From positions 868,001 to 932,000 of the forward strand of contig OZ025782.1 in the NCBI GenBank assembly GCA_964019425.1: a DNA stretch of 64,000 nt. Direction: 5' to 3'. The position numbers and the translations under genes were made by a program. This stretch comes from Flectonema sp. DT1601 (taxonomy: Eukaryota). Position 1 is the stretch's first letter. Each line of letters starts with the position of its first letter. Shown in pieces: positions 12,901 through 25,231 of this stretch. A model generated the notes under the pieces. It was given only the letters and a program-made list of their open reading frames with translations, had not been told where the DNA came from and did not search any database.

Positions 12901-13960
12901 CTCGGCACAATTCGTGACCAGGTCGTAAGTTAAGTTTCTGTTCCTTTTTTGCTGTTCGTTTATCCATTTGGTTGCAATTGGAGGTCAGTTCAGCTGCTCC
13001 TTTCTTTGCCTCAAGATCTCGCCCTTTTAATAAAATAAATAAACACATAAAAATAAACAGCACAATATCTCGTGTTTTGTTTGCATTCTTATTCATGCCT
13101 GATGCCTGATTGTGTCATTTCTTTCCGAAAGTTTGATGCGTTACAGCGCTCGTACCATGACGACCCTTGATTGCTTCAGATACCTGTGACATTCGGTTGT
13201 TGGCACTGCACAAACGCAACCGCTGCTTAACGACCCAACTTTGTAATATTCAAAAGCTGGATCGTATTAATACGTTGGACTGCGTTGGTATGAGCGTAAC
13301 GTTAACTTTACCGGTTTGTTCGGTTGTATACAAACAAATACAAGGTCTGGTGAGGTGCCGATTTCTTTTTATTTTTATTTTATTTTTTGTTTCCTGTTAA
13401 TTTCGTCATATTATCTTATCTCGTGTAGCTTCTTATGATTAGAACATAAGTCGACTCTGATTGGAGGAATAATAGTTCGAAGATTTGAATCCCCAAAACG
13501 ATGTGAATGGCTAAACTATTAAACTGGATCATGTTAAAAGGGTTTTGTTTTTATTACTTTCTTGACCTGGTGGTAGCATAACTAAAAATACTACACCAAT
13601 TTCCTTTAATTCAGCTGCTTACCATTCTTTAATCGTGGGTGGTTTGACAGGCAAGTCTTGTGATTAGAATGGCTAACTCAACGCTTTCAATTATAAACAT
13701 GTTATCCTCAATTGTCATCACATCGATTTGATATCGATCTGCGATCGCACACTTATTCCTTCTGTTGGTTTATTAATTAATAACTTACTAATTATTATTT
13801 TTCATTATTCAACAGCATGTACTGTAAGCCGTAATATCGTATCGTAGTGCCGTAATATTGAATTTGTCCATCCAAAATATTAATAGAAGATAGTCAGTCC
13901 CATCTCAAGTGTTGTTTTTGCCTTATTATATTCTACCCACAAGTATCAAAAAGATGTAAA

Positions 13961-15184
13961 ATGAGTTTTAATATTGTGATAAGTGCAGGCAGTAAAGGTG
14001 TTGTTAAAAAAGTATGGACACAATTAAAGGAATTAGGTGTGGACGTGAATGATGACATGCTACGATACGGTGATCATAAGATAGTACTCGATTTGAGGAA
14101 GGTAACTAGTGAACACATACAAGTTTTAAAATATGCAGACAAAGCATCCCTAGAGATTGCTTCAATGGTACTTAATGAGCACACCGATGTTGCAGAAATA
14201 GGAAATGCAGTGAGCAATATAAATTGGAGCGAGGCGGTGGGATCGTTCCAAGACTGGAACAACGAATCGCGTTTACCGACCAACTGGCTCCTGGCGAATA
14301 AATTTAAAAAAGGATTTACGCACGAGTATCGCTGCAACGTCGGTAACATTGTCAGACGTGCTATCGAAGATGGAATCTCAAGGGAAGGCCTACGCGAATA
14401 TGGAAAGTGTGCCTCTGATAGCAGTCCGATGGAAATTCAACTTATTCGTTCTGCGGAAAGTTGCAGGTTGTCACTTCAAATCGTCGCATTTGTTAAAAGA
14501 CGAACGGCAGTGGGCGTTCAAAAAGGTTTACACCACTCATTATGTTGGGGAATGGGGAAAGTAGCAGCAATAAATCCGACAGACGTTATTTGTGACCCGT
14601 GTTGTGGAAAGGGAAGTATCCTAACAGAATGCGCTTCATGGTTTCCTGCACTTCAATATATTGGAACAGATATTGATGGAGATCAGTTATCGGCAGCCGC
14701 TAACAATGCCAGAGTTCTCAATGCACATAATGTCGTTTCACGAATTTCTCTGTTGGAATGTGATGCTGGATGTTTACCCCTTCGTCCGGAATCTGTTGAT
14801 GTCGTGCTATCAGACCTCCCATTCGGTAGAAAATATGGAAGCTTGGAAAGCAACAGCCTTTTATATCCGTCCCTTTGTAAAGAGCTCGAAAGGATTCTAG
14901 TTCCTTCTGGTAGGGGGGTCTTGTTGACAAGCTTACATCAACTTGGGTGTCTTAAGGATGCTCTTTGTAGTGCTGGTCTCTTACTTGTTGAATCCGTTCA
15001 ATTTCAGTTCGGTGGATCGAACTCAACTAATTCAAATATTTGTGTCATGTGTTGTATTGTTAAAACGTCTTCGGATAATTGTAAGAAGCTGTTCGATATT
15101 GAACACTTGCATCTCTTAAATTCGAAATCAGATAACATTGGATGGATGAATGTAAAACCTTCGATGGTTCAATATTCCAAGTAG
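13961..15184 (+). CDS. Putative RNA N2-guanine methyltransferase (THUMPD2/3-Trm11/Trm14-like)
   Basis: SAM-binding motif DPCCGKGSIL, GTDID and catalytic-loop SDLPFG typical of the UPF0020 methylase family. Confidence 0.85.
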   Translation: MSFNIVISAGSKGVVKKVWTQLKELGVDVNDDMLRYGDHKIVLDLRKVTSEHIQVLKYADKASLEIASMVLNEHTDVAEIGNAVSNINWSEAVGSFQDWNNESRLPTNWLLANKFKKGFTHEYRCNVGNIVRRAIEDGISREGLREYGKCASDSSPMEIQLIRSAESCRLSLQIVAFVKRRTAVGVQKGLHHSLCWGMGKVAAINPTDVICDPCCGKGSILTECASWFPALQYIGTDIDGDQLSAAANNARVLNAHNVVSRISLLECDAGCLPLRPESVDVVLSDLPFGRKYGSLESNSLLYPSLCKELERILVPSGRGVLLTSLHQLGCLKDALCSAGLLLVESVQFQFGGSNSTNSNICVMCCIVKTSSDNCKKLFDIEHLHLLNSKSDNIGWMNVKPSMVQYSK

Positions 15185-15325
15185 CGCCACATTTAGAACC
15201 TTTGTTGTTACAGAGTTCGTTGTGTCAGTCAATTATAGTAACTGCTACTGTAAAGATATAAGGGGAATAATGTTACCGGGTTATTATGTTTTCCAGATTG
15301 TTTAATCTTCACAAGAACTAAAACT

Positions 15326-16036
15326 ATGGGTAAGATTGGACACAGCATTGTTGGAGTCCTCAGCATTATTGTGGTTGTGTTTTGTGCATGCGTGCTGACT
15401 GACGGCCGGAGTATTGTAACTATTAGAACAGACACAAGGAGGATTCCGGTCAATCTTAATGGCGCTAACACGAATCTTGTCGTTCAGGAATTACCAGGAA
15501 TTGGATATCCTTACGGAATTGGTGTTTACCAGGACTCCAATGGAAGGAGTTGGGACGAGGGAGATGATTTTGCGGAATTAATTAACAGTACTTCTGGAGA
15601 ACTCGCACGTCGCTCTTCGCACATCACGCAGCTCTTTGGATGTGATGACCACCAGAAGAGAGGTCAACTTGTACTTGCTGCTGTATTCATGTGCCTCATT
15701 TCCTCTACCGTGGCTGTGATCGCGAGTTTAAGAGGGGTTGCTGCCGGAGGTAGAATCTCTGGAATTGTCTCCATTGCTTTCCAGATTTTTAACTTTGTTT
15801 TCTTCCTCATTGGTATGGCTGCTGGAGCATCCTTTTACAACGAAGAGTTTGAGTGTAAATCTGACAATACCATCGTATTTGACCTCAAAGTAGCTGACTA
15901 CTTCGACCTCAGCTACGCTCTTCCGTTTCTTGTTGTTGGTATCATTGTATCAATAATTAATATTGTAGTATTGTGCGCAAGCAGAAGTTTAGAAGCAGCA
16001 GAAAAGAACGCACCTGACGACAGCGAAAGCTGTTAA
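15326..16036 (+). CDS. Amastin/claudin-like four-TM surface protein
   Basis: N-terminal TM, a large extracellular loop with a Cys, then three TMs ending FDLSYALPFLVVGIIVSIINIVVL, resembling the amastin last helix. Confidence 0.6.
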   Translation: MGKIGHSIVGVLSIIVVVFCACVLTDGRSIVTIRTDTRRIPVNLNGANTNLVVQELPGIGYPYGIGVYQDSNGRSWDEGDDFAELINSTSGELARRSSHITQLFGCDDHQKRGQLVLAAVFMCLISSTVAVIASLRGVAAGGRISGIVSIAFQIFNFVFFLIGMAAGASFYNEEFECKSDNTIVFDLKVADYFDLSYALPFLVVGIIVSIINIVVLCASRSLEAAEKNAPDDSESC

Positions 16037-16768
16037 GCTGTCGTTCTCATATCCTCTCGTTTGTTTGCAAAGACTTGAGTATCGGCAACTGTGATACTCA
16101 TGTCGACCCATTTCAAGTCGAGCAAACAAACCCATGAAGGAACAATCAAACAAAAGCTATAGAATAAAAGCATTTTATTGTGAATCGGCAATGTCGCTTC
16201 TCGAGTCGTGGAGTCAGTGCCGAACCATTGCTGCTAGTTGTTAATTAAACATCACTCCTCTCTTATTTTCTTTCTGGTTATCAGCCGACGGGATGCTCCA
16301 ATTGCTAACTGCGGAAATCAAAGTCCTGCTGTTATCCCTTTTGTTCAATACTGAAAAATAGCCGCATTCACTTTTGTGTTGGCTACGTCAGATCGTTGGA
16401 CATGGTTGTGAGTTTCTTACAAAGTATATAATACAAGTACGTTTGTTAACAGGCAACACAATAACCCTTACGAGATAAACCATTTCTCTTTAGTTTTGCA
16501 AACCATCCTTCTACAGAAGTATTGATATCTTTTTGGGAATCGAACATATTACGCCTCTAACGAGTAAACTTTAAAGATGTAGCTTTCAACAACAACCCAA
16601 ACAAGGGATAGAATAGCTGCTGCGAAAGTGAAGGCTGAGAATAATTGTATCCGCGGAGACACCAAAAATGATACCTAAGAACCGCAAGGCAACACCGGAA
16701 GGCCAAAAGTGTGTTGAATTACAACGATTTCTGCTCCCAATCTAGTATATTTCTCAGGTAGAAAGAAA

Positions 16769-17941
16769 ATGCAGATCTCAATTTCGTTCCCTGATACGGA
16801 ATTTCCCGACGTTGTTTTCACAGCTGTCGCAAGTTCGCTCGTGTGAGAGCCATTGCAAGCGGCAGCAGATGAGTGGGATGTCGATGCCGACTTTCTTGAA
16901 ATTTCTTTCGCAGGAAAGCAGCTTCCGGCAGACAGCCGACTTCTTTCACACGGTGTGGAGGCCGATGCGCTGTTGGATGTATCGATGATACGCATGCTTG
17001 GAGTGGTGTGGTTCACAGATGCTAAAAAGAGAGCGAAAATAACAATAAAGTCGGATGAGATTTTGAGGCTAAACACCCCCACATTCGCTGTGGAAGGCTG
17101 TCTTTATTTCGAGGGCGAATGGATGCTGCCTGAAGTCACAAACATTTCGTTCGACAATGCTACTTCTGCTTCTTCAGTCACTTCTGTTTCAGACAAGTTC
17201 TTATTTTCAGCATCGGAACTCGCAGAGGTCAGTCTGGCTGGTCTTAAATACGTCACAACTATCGGTAATGATTTCTTCTCGGAGTGCAGTTCACTTACAC
17301 ACGTGGACTCTGCGAGCTTCACCTGTGTGAGGTCTATTGGTGTTAGTTTTCTAGAAAAGTGTCTCTTACTTACAGACCTGGATTTGTCAGGTTGGAACAG
17401 TGTATCTTCTATTGGAGAAAGTTTTCTATCAGAGTGTTCTTCCCTTGTAACCCTTGATCTGTCGGGATTCAGCAATCTCACAGCTGTAAACAATTATTTT
17501 CTAGCGTGGTGTTCGTCTCTCATATCTGTAGATTTATCAGGACTCAGCAACGTTACTTCTGTTGGCAATCGATTTCTACAATGTTGTTCATCCCTCAAAG
17601 AGGTGGACATATCAGTCCTCAGCAATATTGTCGCTGTAGAGGATTCCTTTTTATCGGGCTGTTCGTCACTTACAGAGTTAGATTTAGGCGGCCTCAACGG
17701 AGTTAAGTCCATTGGGGATTTCTTTGTATCTAATTGTTCGTCATTGTCGATCTTGGAGCTGGAAGGTCTCGGCAACGTTGAGTCTGTTGGCTGTTCTTTT
17801 GTGAGTTTTTGCCCGTCTCTTCGGAACCCAGATTTAAATTGGTTGGAGAGTCTCAAACATTGCGAATCAGAATTCGTATACGGTTCAGGTTTTTGTCCTT
17901 TTGAACGGGAGGACTTCCTCGAGAACTTATTCAATAAATAA
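16769..17941 (+). pseudogene. Ubiquitin-like N-domain plus leucine-rich repeat (BspA-like) protein with an in-frame TGA at 16844-16846
   Basis: ATG 16769 reads MQISISFPD...SSLV*EPLQAAADEW...FAGKQL...LLSHGV (Ubl-like) in the frame of ORF 16853-17941. About 9 repeats of 24 aa, consensus LxGLxNVTSIGxxFLxxCSSLxxLD. Confidence 0.7.
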
Positions 17942-18809
17942 GAGCAGCAATTACAATTGTGATATTTTAATAAGAAGAGGAATTATTTGATTGTAAACAA
18001 TGAAGGACGCTCTGCAGTCTGAGCCCGAGGAGCAGCAGTAGCAAGTACAAAAGCAATATGTATCTTTGATGCAACAATCAAAACGTGCAGCGACGTTGAC
18101 GACAATTATTTGTCTCCCTCATTTGATTCTGCCATCCTTCTGCTAGCGCGTACAAACGAAGCCAATGGCATTCTTCTTTCGAAGCAAAAAATAGCTCCAT
18201 TATTGTACGTGATCATAATTTATCAAATAATTTCCGTTTGAACTCACAAATTGACAGCAAAGATCGCTCATTATTATTTACGACGTTTGAAAGTTAGATA
18301 AAAAGTGTTCAGATCTTATTGAAATCATGAATTCAATGAACTATTATTATGTTAAGGGTTAAAATGAAAGTTAGACAACACACGTAAACCTCATTTAGCT
18401 TTCTCAGTTGAAGGCGGTTCGCGGTTTCGTGCAAACAAATCAGCTTTATAACGAATTTCTGTGAAGTAAAGTAATTAGTCTTTTTTCTTCTCAGCAGATC
18501 ACGCGAAGATGATGAAGGACGAGTCGCTCGCTAAAACTAAACGATTGGAAGGATGTTCCCGTTGTTTAATTTTGTTTTCTTTTTAATTCTTCTGAAGTAT
18601 GGAATCTACGCAATCGATTTCAAATAGGCATCTTAATAATATCTCTTACAGGTTACTTTTATATGGTTTTATAAAATTGATAATAAAAGTATGTTTCCTA
18701 ATACCCTACTCTTAACAGATGTCCTCCTTGGCACTTCTTCAACAAACACTCATTCTAAATTTCCTCGAGTGGTTAATATCATTTCTTCTGCTTCAGCTTC
18801 ACCAAAAAC

Positions 18810-21716
18810 ATGAGAATTCCATCCGCTGTTGCGGCACTGACGCTGGGTCTCTCCCAAACGGCAGGCGCCGACCTGACTGCGATGCTGCAGTCGGCAACGT
18901 TTCTGAATGAGGGAGTTTGGACAAACACCAGCGGGACTGCAGTCGTGATCCAAGAAGGACTTTACCTCGAGCCGGAGAACATAACGAAAGCTGAATTCGC
19001 ATGGGCTGATATAAGCTTGACACCGCAGGTATACTCGAACAGAGTGAATGAATGGAAGCCAAGTGCCACTAAGCAGGGAGTTGACTTGCCTGGAAATGAT
19101 TTGTCGCAAGTAACAGTCGCAACTCAGTCTGATTGCGACAACGCCTGCCACGGAAACGTGAACTGTCGTGCGTGGGTGTTTGCCCCCAAGGCCCCGACAA
19201 AGTTTGGAAGTTGTGAGAAGGGGAGAACCTGCTGCTACCTAAAGAATGGAATTCCAACTGGGATCACCTCGACCTTTCCGTTGTTCTCTCGTGTTGTGAG
19301 AATGTCTTACGGTGAGGACGATGCGCACCCAGCCATCGGAATACGGTCTGCCCCGCCTTTAGGAGGCCTCGCGACGGGAACGATCGAACTTCGTGCCGAC
19401 GGAACCCTCACCGCCTGGACTGTTGAGAATAACAGCCCCGGTGGTTCTGCTAAATTCCCAAAGCAAAAGCACGCCTTCTTCGCTGCCCGTGTCCAGGACG
19501 GTCCGAAGACCTGGTCCCGCGTCCTCCAGACGCATCCTGAGGGATCCGTTTCGGGATCGGGGGTGTCGGAGATGCACTTCGGGGGTTCACCACCGATGAC
19601 CCGCCTGCAAGTGAAGGATGCCGCGCAACCGAACGTCGACATTTCCCTGTTCGGATACGGTCGTTTGTCCTCCGGCAACATGAACAAGTCGCACCATCCT
19701 GCGATTGCGTTCTCGATGGTTTTCACCAACAAGGGTTCAAAGTCTGTGAACGTGGCTTCTCTTTTCAACCTGCCAACGTACAACGAGAACATCAACAGGG
19801 ACGGTACGGTGTTGTCGACATTCAGCACCGATTCGGAGGTTGCTTGCATGTCGAGGTGCACTGCTGATGCGGCGTGTGGTAGTTGGAAGTTAGTTAAGAA
19901 CACTTGTTCGTTGATCAAGGAGATGCCGTACTACGCATTCATGGACGGAGTAAACAGCGGGACTCCTGTGACGGTGTCGAAGAAGAGCCCATTGTGCGTC
20001 GGTCTGGACAAGAGGGGAAATGCTGCGATGTCTGGAGGATACACGGTGTGCGGTACTGGCGGGAAGGTCACCGTGGGAAGCGGTTCGAAGAAGTCATTTG
20101 GGCAGTTTTCTGCTGACGGGTTCCTCGACAACACCGTTGTGCTGGACGACTCGATCTCGCTGTCTGTGAACGAGACGGTGGCAGCTGGCGAGACGGTGAC
20201 TTTGACGATCGTCCTTGGGTACTACTTTCCGAACCACAACTACTTGAACCAAATACTGGGCAACCAGTACACTAAGTTGTTCACTTCGGCGACGGACTCG
20301 GCTGAGCAGCTGATGTCTGGGCTGACAGATGTGGTTGCCGATGCGCTTGCGATCCAGAACCCGCTTCTGAAGAGCACCCTTCCGGATTGGTTGTCTGATA
20401 CGTTGATTGGTCAGCTTCACCACATGAGGTCTGCGATGTGGTTCCATGATGGACGTTGGAGGCAGTGGGAGGCCTACGACTGTGTGAATGTGGACTCCGT
20501 TCACAACGACGGGGAGCGTCACATTCCGTACATCATGTTGTTCCCTGAGTCGACGAAGAGCAAGGTAATTGGATGGGGTAAGACACAGCTCGCTAACGGA
20601 ATGATTCAGGAGCAGTTGGCGTGCGGCTGCATGGGTGGAATTGATCCTCACTTCGAACACGGTTGTGGAAGAGTGATGTCTGACGTATCTTCGATGTACA
20701 TTGTTTACTTGTTGGAGCTTCTGAGATGGAACAACGACCAGGACTTTGTAAAGGAGTGGTTCCCAACTGCGAAGAAGGCTGCCGACTGGCACATTTCCGT
20801 CTCGACATTCCACAACCTGCCGTACAAGTTGCAGACCACCTACGACGTGCTCGCCCTCAACCAGTACGAAACCTGTTCTTACTCTGCTGTATTCCACATT
20901 CTTGCTATGAGAAGTATGGCTGAGCTGTGCGTGTTCATGGGTGAGACTGCGGAGGCCAAGAAGTACAACGACGCTGCGAAAGCTGCGCAGGAATCGTTTG
21001 AGAGCATCATGTGGAATGAGGAACTTGGTGCTTACATGGCGTACTATGGAGGAAACGGGACCATCATGGCTGACACTTTCTATGCGCAGGTGTTAGCGTA
21101 TACTGTCGGTTTGGAGACGCTTGTAAACGAGACGAGACTCATGAAGCACTTGGAGACTGAGCAGAAGGTGAACTTCGATGGTGTCGGTCTTCAGATTCTG
21201 ACAGGACGTGCTGGACACACTGACCCTGACATCTGGATGATGGCCAACGGTGATCACGGGGCTTTGTTGCTCCGCAATGCGAAGACGAGCAGCGATGTGG
21301 AGCGCGCGTTGTCGGAAACTGAGACGCCGTTCAAGAGAATCCGAACAGGTTTGAATGATGTTTGGAATGCGGCCGGCATCCTCAGAGGAAACTATGGAAG
21401 GTTCCCGGGATCGAACTACTTCACATCTCACTACGGGTACTACATGACCGTGTGGCATGCGATGTTGGCGATGACGAAGCAGGTAGTGAACCTTCCTGAG
21501 GGAACTGTGTCCTTCGACCCCGCGTTCGCGACAAGCGAAGAGTACTCGCTGCCTGTGTTCATTCCGGGTGTCGTTGGTGAGCTCAGCAACGACCAGAAGC
21601 AGTGGAAGCTTTGCCTCACTGCGGGAACCCTCGCTGATGTCACAGTCACGGTGAATGGTAAGTCTGCTCCGAAGACGACCCTTTCTGCTCCGAACTGTGT
21701 TTCGGTTGCCTGGTGA
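18810..21716 (+). CDS. Secreted GH116 (GBA2-like glucosylceramidase/beta-glucosidase) with PAN/Apple modules
   Basis: Signal peptide; Apple-type QGVDLPGNDL...CDNAC...C.AW and CMSRC...CGSW modules; GH116 N-domain PLGGLATGTIEL; catalytic region WRQWEAYDC and QTTYD. Confidence 0.85.
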   Translation: MRIPSAVAALTLGLSQTAGADLTAMLQSATFLNEGVWTNTSGTAVVIQEGLYLEPENITKAEFAWADISLTPQVYSNRVNEWKPSATKQGVDLPGNDLSQVTVATQSDCDNACHGNVNCRAWVFAPKAPTKFGSCEKGRTCCYLKNGIPTGITSTFPLFSRVVRMSYGEDDAHPAIGIRSAPPLGGLATGTIELRADGTLTAWTVENNSPGGSAKFPKQKHAFFAARVQDGPKTWSRVLQTHPEGSVSGSGVSEMHFGGSPPMTRLQVKDAAQPNVDISLFGYGRLSSGNMNKSHHPAIAFSMVFTNKGSKSVNVASLFNLPTYNENINRDGTVLSTFSTDSEVACMSRCTADAACGSWKLVKNTCSLIKEMPYYAFMDGVNSGTPVTVSKKSPLCVGLDKRGNAAMSGGYTVCGTGGKVTVGSGSKKSFGQFSADGFLDNTVVLDDSISLSVNETVAAGETVTLTIVLGYYFPNHNYLNQILGNQYTKLFTSATDSAEQLMSGLTDVVADALAIQNPLLKSTLPDWLSDTLIGQLHHMRSAMWFHDGRWRQWEAYDCVNVDSVHNDGERHIPYIMLFPESTKSKVIGWGKTQLANGMIQEQLACGCMGGIDPHFEHGCGRVMSDVSSMYIVYLLELLRWNNDQDFVKEWFPTAKKAADWHISVSTFHNLPYKLQTTYDVLALNQYETCSYSAVFHILAMRSMAELCVFMGETAEAKKYNDAAKAAQESFESIMWNEELGAYMAYYGGNGTIMADTFYAQVLAYTVGLETLVNETRLMKHLETEQKVNFDGVGLQILTGRAGHTDPDIWMMANGDHGALLLRNAKTSSDVERALSETETPFKRIRTGLNDVWNAAGILRGNYGRFPGSNYFTSHYGYYMTVWHAMLAMTKQVVNLPEGTVSFDPAFATSEEYSLPVFIPGVVGELSNDQKQWKLCLTAGTLADVTVTVNGKSAPKTTLSAPNCVSVAW

Positions 21717-24075
21717 AGTTGTAGCAGGTGTTGAATATTTGAAAATAACGTTTTTATTATGTTTTTTTGCTTCTTCACAACATCAAGTTAATATTATAAA
21801 AAAAAAAACTTTGCGGATTGTTGGTACGTTCAAAGTGTTCAGAACTACGACGTCCGCAGTAAGCGGCTCGTTGTTTAAATAAATAATATTGCTTGTTGGT
21901 TTGTTTCTTTTTTTTTTAGTTGTTTCAATAACGTTTTGCGTCGTAATCATGTTGTTTTTGATTGAAATTTAATTTTCGTGGTCGTCGCATTGACTGCTTG
22001 AGTATGTTCTCGCAAGATGCACCAGGCCATACGAAAATATCATCTCAATACACACATGGTTAAGAACACGCGATGTTTATAGTTAGCTGACTTGTTCTTC
22101 TTGATTATAAGTTTGTTTGTTAAATGGAGTACAACCATGTTGTTATCATAATAACTTTGGTAGAAGCAATTGAAAGTCAGTATTTGAAAACTGCTTTGTG
22201 CGTCTTGACATTGGAATCATAAGAATTCTTCTTTAATTTCACGTTAATTATTTAAAACTGAAATAGCAACTGATAACATGTCTGCTGCAACTTATTTCCT
22301 CTCCTATATTGATATTTCTCTGCCCTTCAAAGGAAGTGAAAACTTCTATTTAGCTGTTTAGATAGTTCAACAGCACAATAAATAATCGACTGTTTGAAAA
22401 TGTAATTTAAATAATATTTATTACAGGAAATGAAATCAATTAGTTATGAAAGAGCGTAGTTCTGGATGCTTTCTTCTATTACTTCAGTTTCATTCCTCCA
22501 TTCATCAAACAATACCCCCTCGGTGAAAAAAAGTAAAACTTACAGTTGGCAAGCGATGCTGAGTTTCTTAGTATAGAAAGGACGAAATTGGATGCGTAAA
22601 ATAAATGGCGAGTGGAAGTGAGAAAGGAAAGATGGTTTCAGAGGACGATATTGCAGTTCGAGATTAAGGATTTGGAGGCTACTAAAGGAAGTGAAATGGA
22701 AGCAGCAAGCATTCAAGGATGATAAAAAGAGAAAGGACTTATTCATAAAGCAACGTGAAGTGCGGAAATGACAAGTGTGGAATACCTGCTAAAGCAGAGC
22801 ACGGAATTAAATCTGGAAAACTAATTTTGTTTACTAATTTTCTTTCTGCATGCTGATCCTTCATCCTGCAAACTCGCCGAGATCAGCCTCAATGATCCGA
22901 GTTGAGCGCCCACTCAGTTGGTCATCAGAGTGTAGTTATCAGCGGATTTCCGGGTTTCTCGCACAGAGAGCCAGTATCCCAACGTAGCAACGCTTGTGGC
23001 AAAACTTGTCGTGGGAGGCTACTCGGGATTGGAGGTTGGCAGGTAAATGGGGAGGTAAATGGGGGAAGGGAATGAAGAGGGAAGGAGACGCACGAGAGAG
23101 AGTGGCAAATATATATGCGAGTGAGCCAGCTGCTGCTGCTGTGATTTGATTGGTATTTTGCTAAGCAGTGTTTTCTTGCTCTGTGAACTGTTTTTGATGT
23201 TGGACGTGTTCATATTACTGAGGAAGGAGGCCAAATGTGTTGTGGGTGTCGGGGATAGTAGACCCCGTGAGGAGTGTAACGCAACACACAGAGATGTGTG
23301 TACGTGTGGTGAGTGTGTGTGTTGTGTTGCGTGTATGGAGGTGCTGTTCACAAAGAGATTCCCTTGACAGTTTTCAAGTTGAGATGTTCCAAAAGTACGG
23401 GTAGTACTACTGGATGGTGAGGTACTCACGGACTGATGGGACTCTGTTATCGTTTTCGTGGGGAGAGAGAGGTGGGTTTTCGTGTAGTTTTTTATTCCTT
23501 TTTAACGGATCGACTCACAAACAACGGTCTTCGTATCGGCACGAACAAAAAAAGGTTTATCGCGCGTCACCATCATCTGAGATGATGATGATGATGGCAA
23601 TGGTGGTGGTGGTGTGCGGTTTGCAGCAATATACTTATCGTCTCTCTCTGACATTTTCGATTTAGAAAAAGTAAAATCCCAGTGACGAATGAAAGCAGAT
23701 TGATGGTAACGTTTGCATATTTTTCATTTTTTTAAACAGGAACTGAACTTATGATGGGAGAGGCTGTCCCTAATTGTTTCTTCTATTTTCACTTCACTAC
23801 CCAACCGATCAAAACAAAACATATGTTGCGTTCGACGCGCGCACAATTTAATCACGTTCGAAAAGGAAAACCTTCTCCACAGGGAAATGCAAAAGTACAA
23901 AGTATTATTCAAATTCATTCAGAAGAAAGACGAGCATTAACTTCCTGTTGTTACTCGTCGTCTATTGAGACAAGTAAATTATAGTTCTGCCATGTGAATA
24001 TTTTAAGCAGAAGCTTCACTAAACCTCCTGGAGTGTGTTGTGTGTTGTTGTGCGTGTGTGCATTGCATGTATGGC

Positions 24076-24185
24076 GTGTTGTGTGTTGTTTGTTGAAACT
24101 CTGACGAGTTCGTATTACCCTTTGTGTGTTGTGTGTTGTTTGTTGAAACTCTGACGAGTTCGTATTACCCTTTGTGTGTTGTGTG
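24076..24185. repeat. 50-bp tandem duplication (~2.2 copies) in GT-rich low-complexity DNA
   Basis: gtgtgttgtttgttgaaactctgacgagttcgtattacccttt occurs at 24081 and 24131. Confidence 0.9.
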
Positions 24186-24970
24186 CTCGTATATGTGTGG
24201 TTTGAGTGCTCGTGTGTCTGTGTCAGATGTTTTGTGAACCCTTTGTCTGTACAATAATACATATGTCCTGGTGCCTTACTACCAACAAGGGAAACAAGAG
24301 ATAAGATCTTTTTTGAAGCGCAACAACGAGTATCAACACCCATTTGAGACTTGAAACTGGTAGATGGTTCGCCAAAATGGCACGAATCACATCCCCTTTA
24401 TTCAATGTCTTTATTCCACCTGAAAGAATATCCTCAACACCCATTGATTCTTTTACTCGTTTAGGAATGAATGTTCTGAAAGAACACGACCTTCTATCAC
24501 AGGAAATAAATGTCAGTTTATGATGGGGCTCTGTTGTTATCACCTGCCATTGTATATGTCAGTTGTGAAAAGAAATTTGATTACTTTCTATGTATTTTCT
24601 CAGCTAAAATTTTTAATCCAAATGTCGGAACAGAGAACATATGTGTAGCCCTGTCCAGCGGGTTAAGATTTGTTGGATCTAATGCATGTTTAATGTTCCC
24701 CTTCATTAGATCAGCTTTGTGTTTTCGATCCCTCACACATTTCTTATTCCCCCCACACTATTTTTTTCAAAGAATTATACATCTCGCCTTGCAACATGTG
24801 GATTGATCTTGTGTGATGCTTGGTATAGCTTCTCAACTGAGTCTATGTAACCCAAGTCATCGTAAACTGTTTGTATTGTTGCATTGGTAGATAAAAATAT
24901 TGAGATCTTGTCTTCTGTGCCCAACTACCAACTCTTTATCAGGCAAAAACCACCCAACATAAAAAAAACT

Positions 24971-25231
24971 ATGGATTCTTCATCTGAAGTACAGGGTTCC
25001 AAAAGTCTTCTGATTGAGGAAAGCGTGTTAAAGATGATAACGGCGAAGGAGGAAGAGATCAAGAGGATCGAAACCATACAACAAGCACCTTTCCTAAACA
25101 TAACCCTCACTGATGAACAGGAAGGAATTAAAAAGTGGATAGAAGCTGATTATGGGAATCTCAAGCAGTACAGGGAGAAACTGGAGGCAGAGAAGCACGA
25201 ACTTCTTGATTTGTTGAAGAGTTCTACTGAG
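24971..25231 (+). CDS. Probable first exon (coiled-coil header) of a Crinkler/RHS-type gene
   Basis: MDSSSEVQ...EKLEAEKHELLDLLKSSTE ends at the phase-0 donor GAG|GTATAC (25232). The intron sequence that follows (~25262-25324) is homologous to the sequence preceding the 28336 exon. Confidence 0.55.

Noticed and set aside
10000..13900. Short ORFs in the 4-kb intergenic region
   Set aside because: Low-complexity, F/K-biased translations with no coding signature.
22870..22950. Imperfect hairpin with CTGATGA on the - strand (hammerhead or SECIS)
   Set aside because: No GAAA after the stem and no apical AA motif or Sec-containing ORF.
24090..24170. CTGACGA...GAAA as a hammerhead ribozyme associated with the PLE
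   Set aside because: No stem II pairing between the motifs; their order arises from the 50-bp tandem duplication.
24223..24880. Short - strand ORFs suggesting a TE remnant
   Set aside because: No recognisable motif.
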